A stretch of DNA of 63,609 nucleotides, the filler included, from Cercozoa sp. M6MM (lineage: Eukaryota > Protista > Endomyxa: Ascetosporea), in the NCBI GenBank assembly GCA_040357565.1. It is 10 parts of 10 records of this genome, joined end to end, with 100 filler letters (N's around TTAATTAATTAA, not from the genome) between each part and the next. Parts side by side here need not be neighbours in the genome. Positions count along the whole stretch, not along the records: positions 61,558 to 63,609 come from JBDODJ010001855.1; 9 more parts are not named here. One strand, written 5' to 3'. Positions within the stretch are counted from its first letter, which is position 1. Every line of letters begins with the position of its first letter. A program made the translations under genes and the position numbers. The notes beneath the pieces are model-generated. The model had not been told where the DNA came from. It did no database searches and saw nothing but the letters and a program-made list of their open reading frames with translations. This document shows positions 63,456 to 63,609 of this stretch, piece after piece.

Positions 63456-63609
63456 CTGCACACACATACACACACACAAGGGGTAAAAATGAGCAATGGG
63501 AGGGTAAAAGGGTAAAAGGGGTAAACGGTGATAAACGGGGTAATAAGGAGGTAAAAGGGAAAAGAAGGCATCAGGCGATGAGAAGGGTAAGAAGGGGGCT
63601 ATAAGGGGG

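Overview
Eukaryotic, gene-dense, intron-rich DNA from an unidentified protist; taxonomy cannot be fixed from this sequence alone. The window is not one locus: ten contigs are joined by nine synthetic N-TTAATTAATTAA-N linkers, with further 10-N and 100-N gaps, so neighbourhoods across linkers mean nothing. Most listed ORFs are artefacts (antisense shadows, microsatellite translations, single exons). Manual GT-AG splicing in the standard code recovers about 30 genes. Recognisable ones are succinyl-CoA ligase beta, a 2xFYVE-SH3 protein, exportin-1, UDP-glucose dehydrogenase, V-ATPase D, a double cytochrome-b5/ankyrin protein, DUF4246, a kinesin, a Ser/Thr dehydratase, TBCB, DPH1, myosin-TH1 and PH proteins, PRL phosphatase, Sec24, an atypical kinase, SAP18, a METTL21-like methyltransferase, Sec63 and CFAP298. 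The most unusual signals are: (1) a ~166-bp, strongly self-pairing repeat just downstream of stop codons in three contigs; (2) a ~770-bp inverted pair of Y-X-Y elements at 39.46-40.23 kb; (3) donor splice sites dominated by GTAC with almost no +5G; (4) introns filled with C-rich, telomere-like or branch-point-like repeats, increasing toward gene 3' ends; (5) a Sec63 with a predicted extra C-terminal membrane helix, an N-glycosylation sequon and a terminal HEDL; (6) an exportin-1 lacking the leptomycin-B cysteine; (7) a 90-bp inverted repeat bracketing the PH-domain exons. No known multi-gene system was identified. All family calls rest on motif recognition by eye, not database searches.
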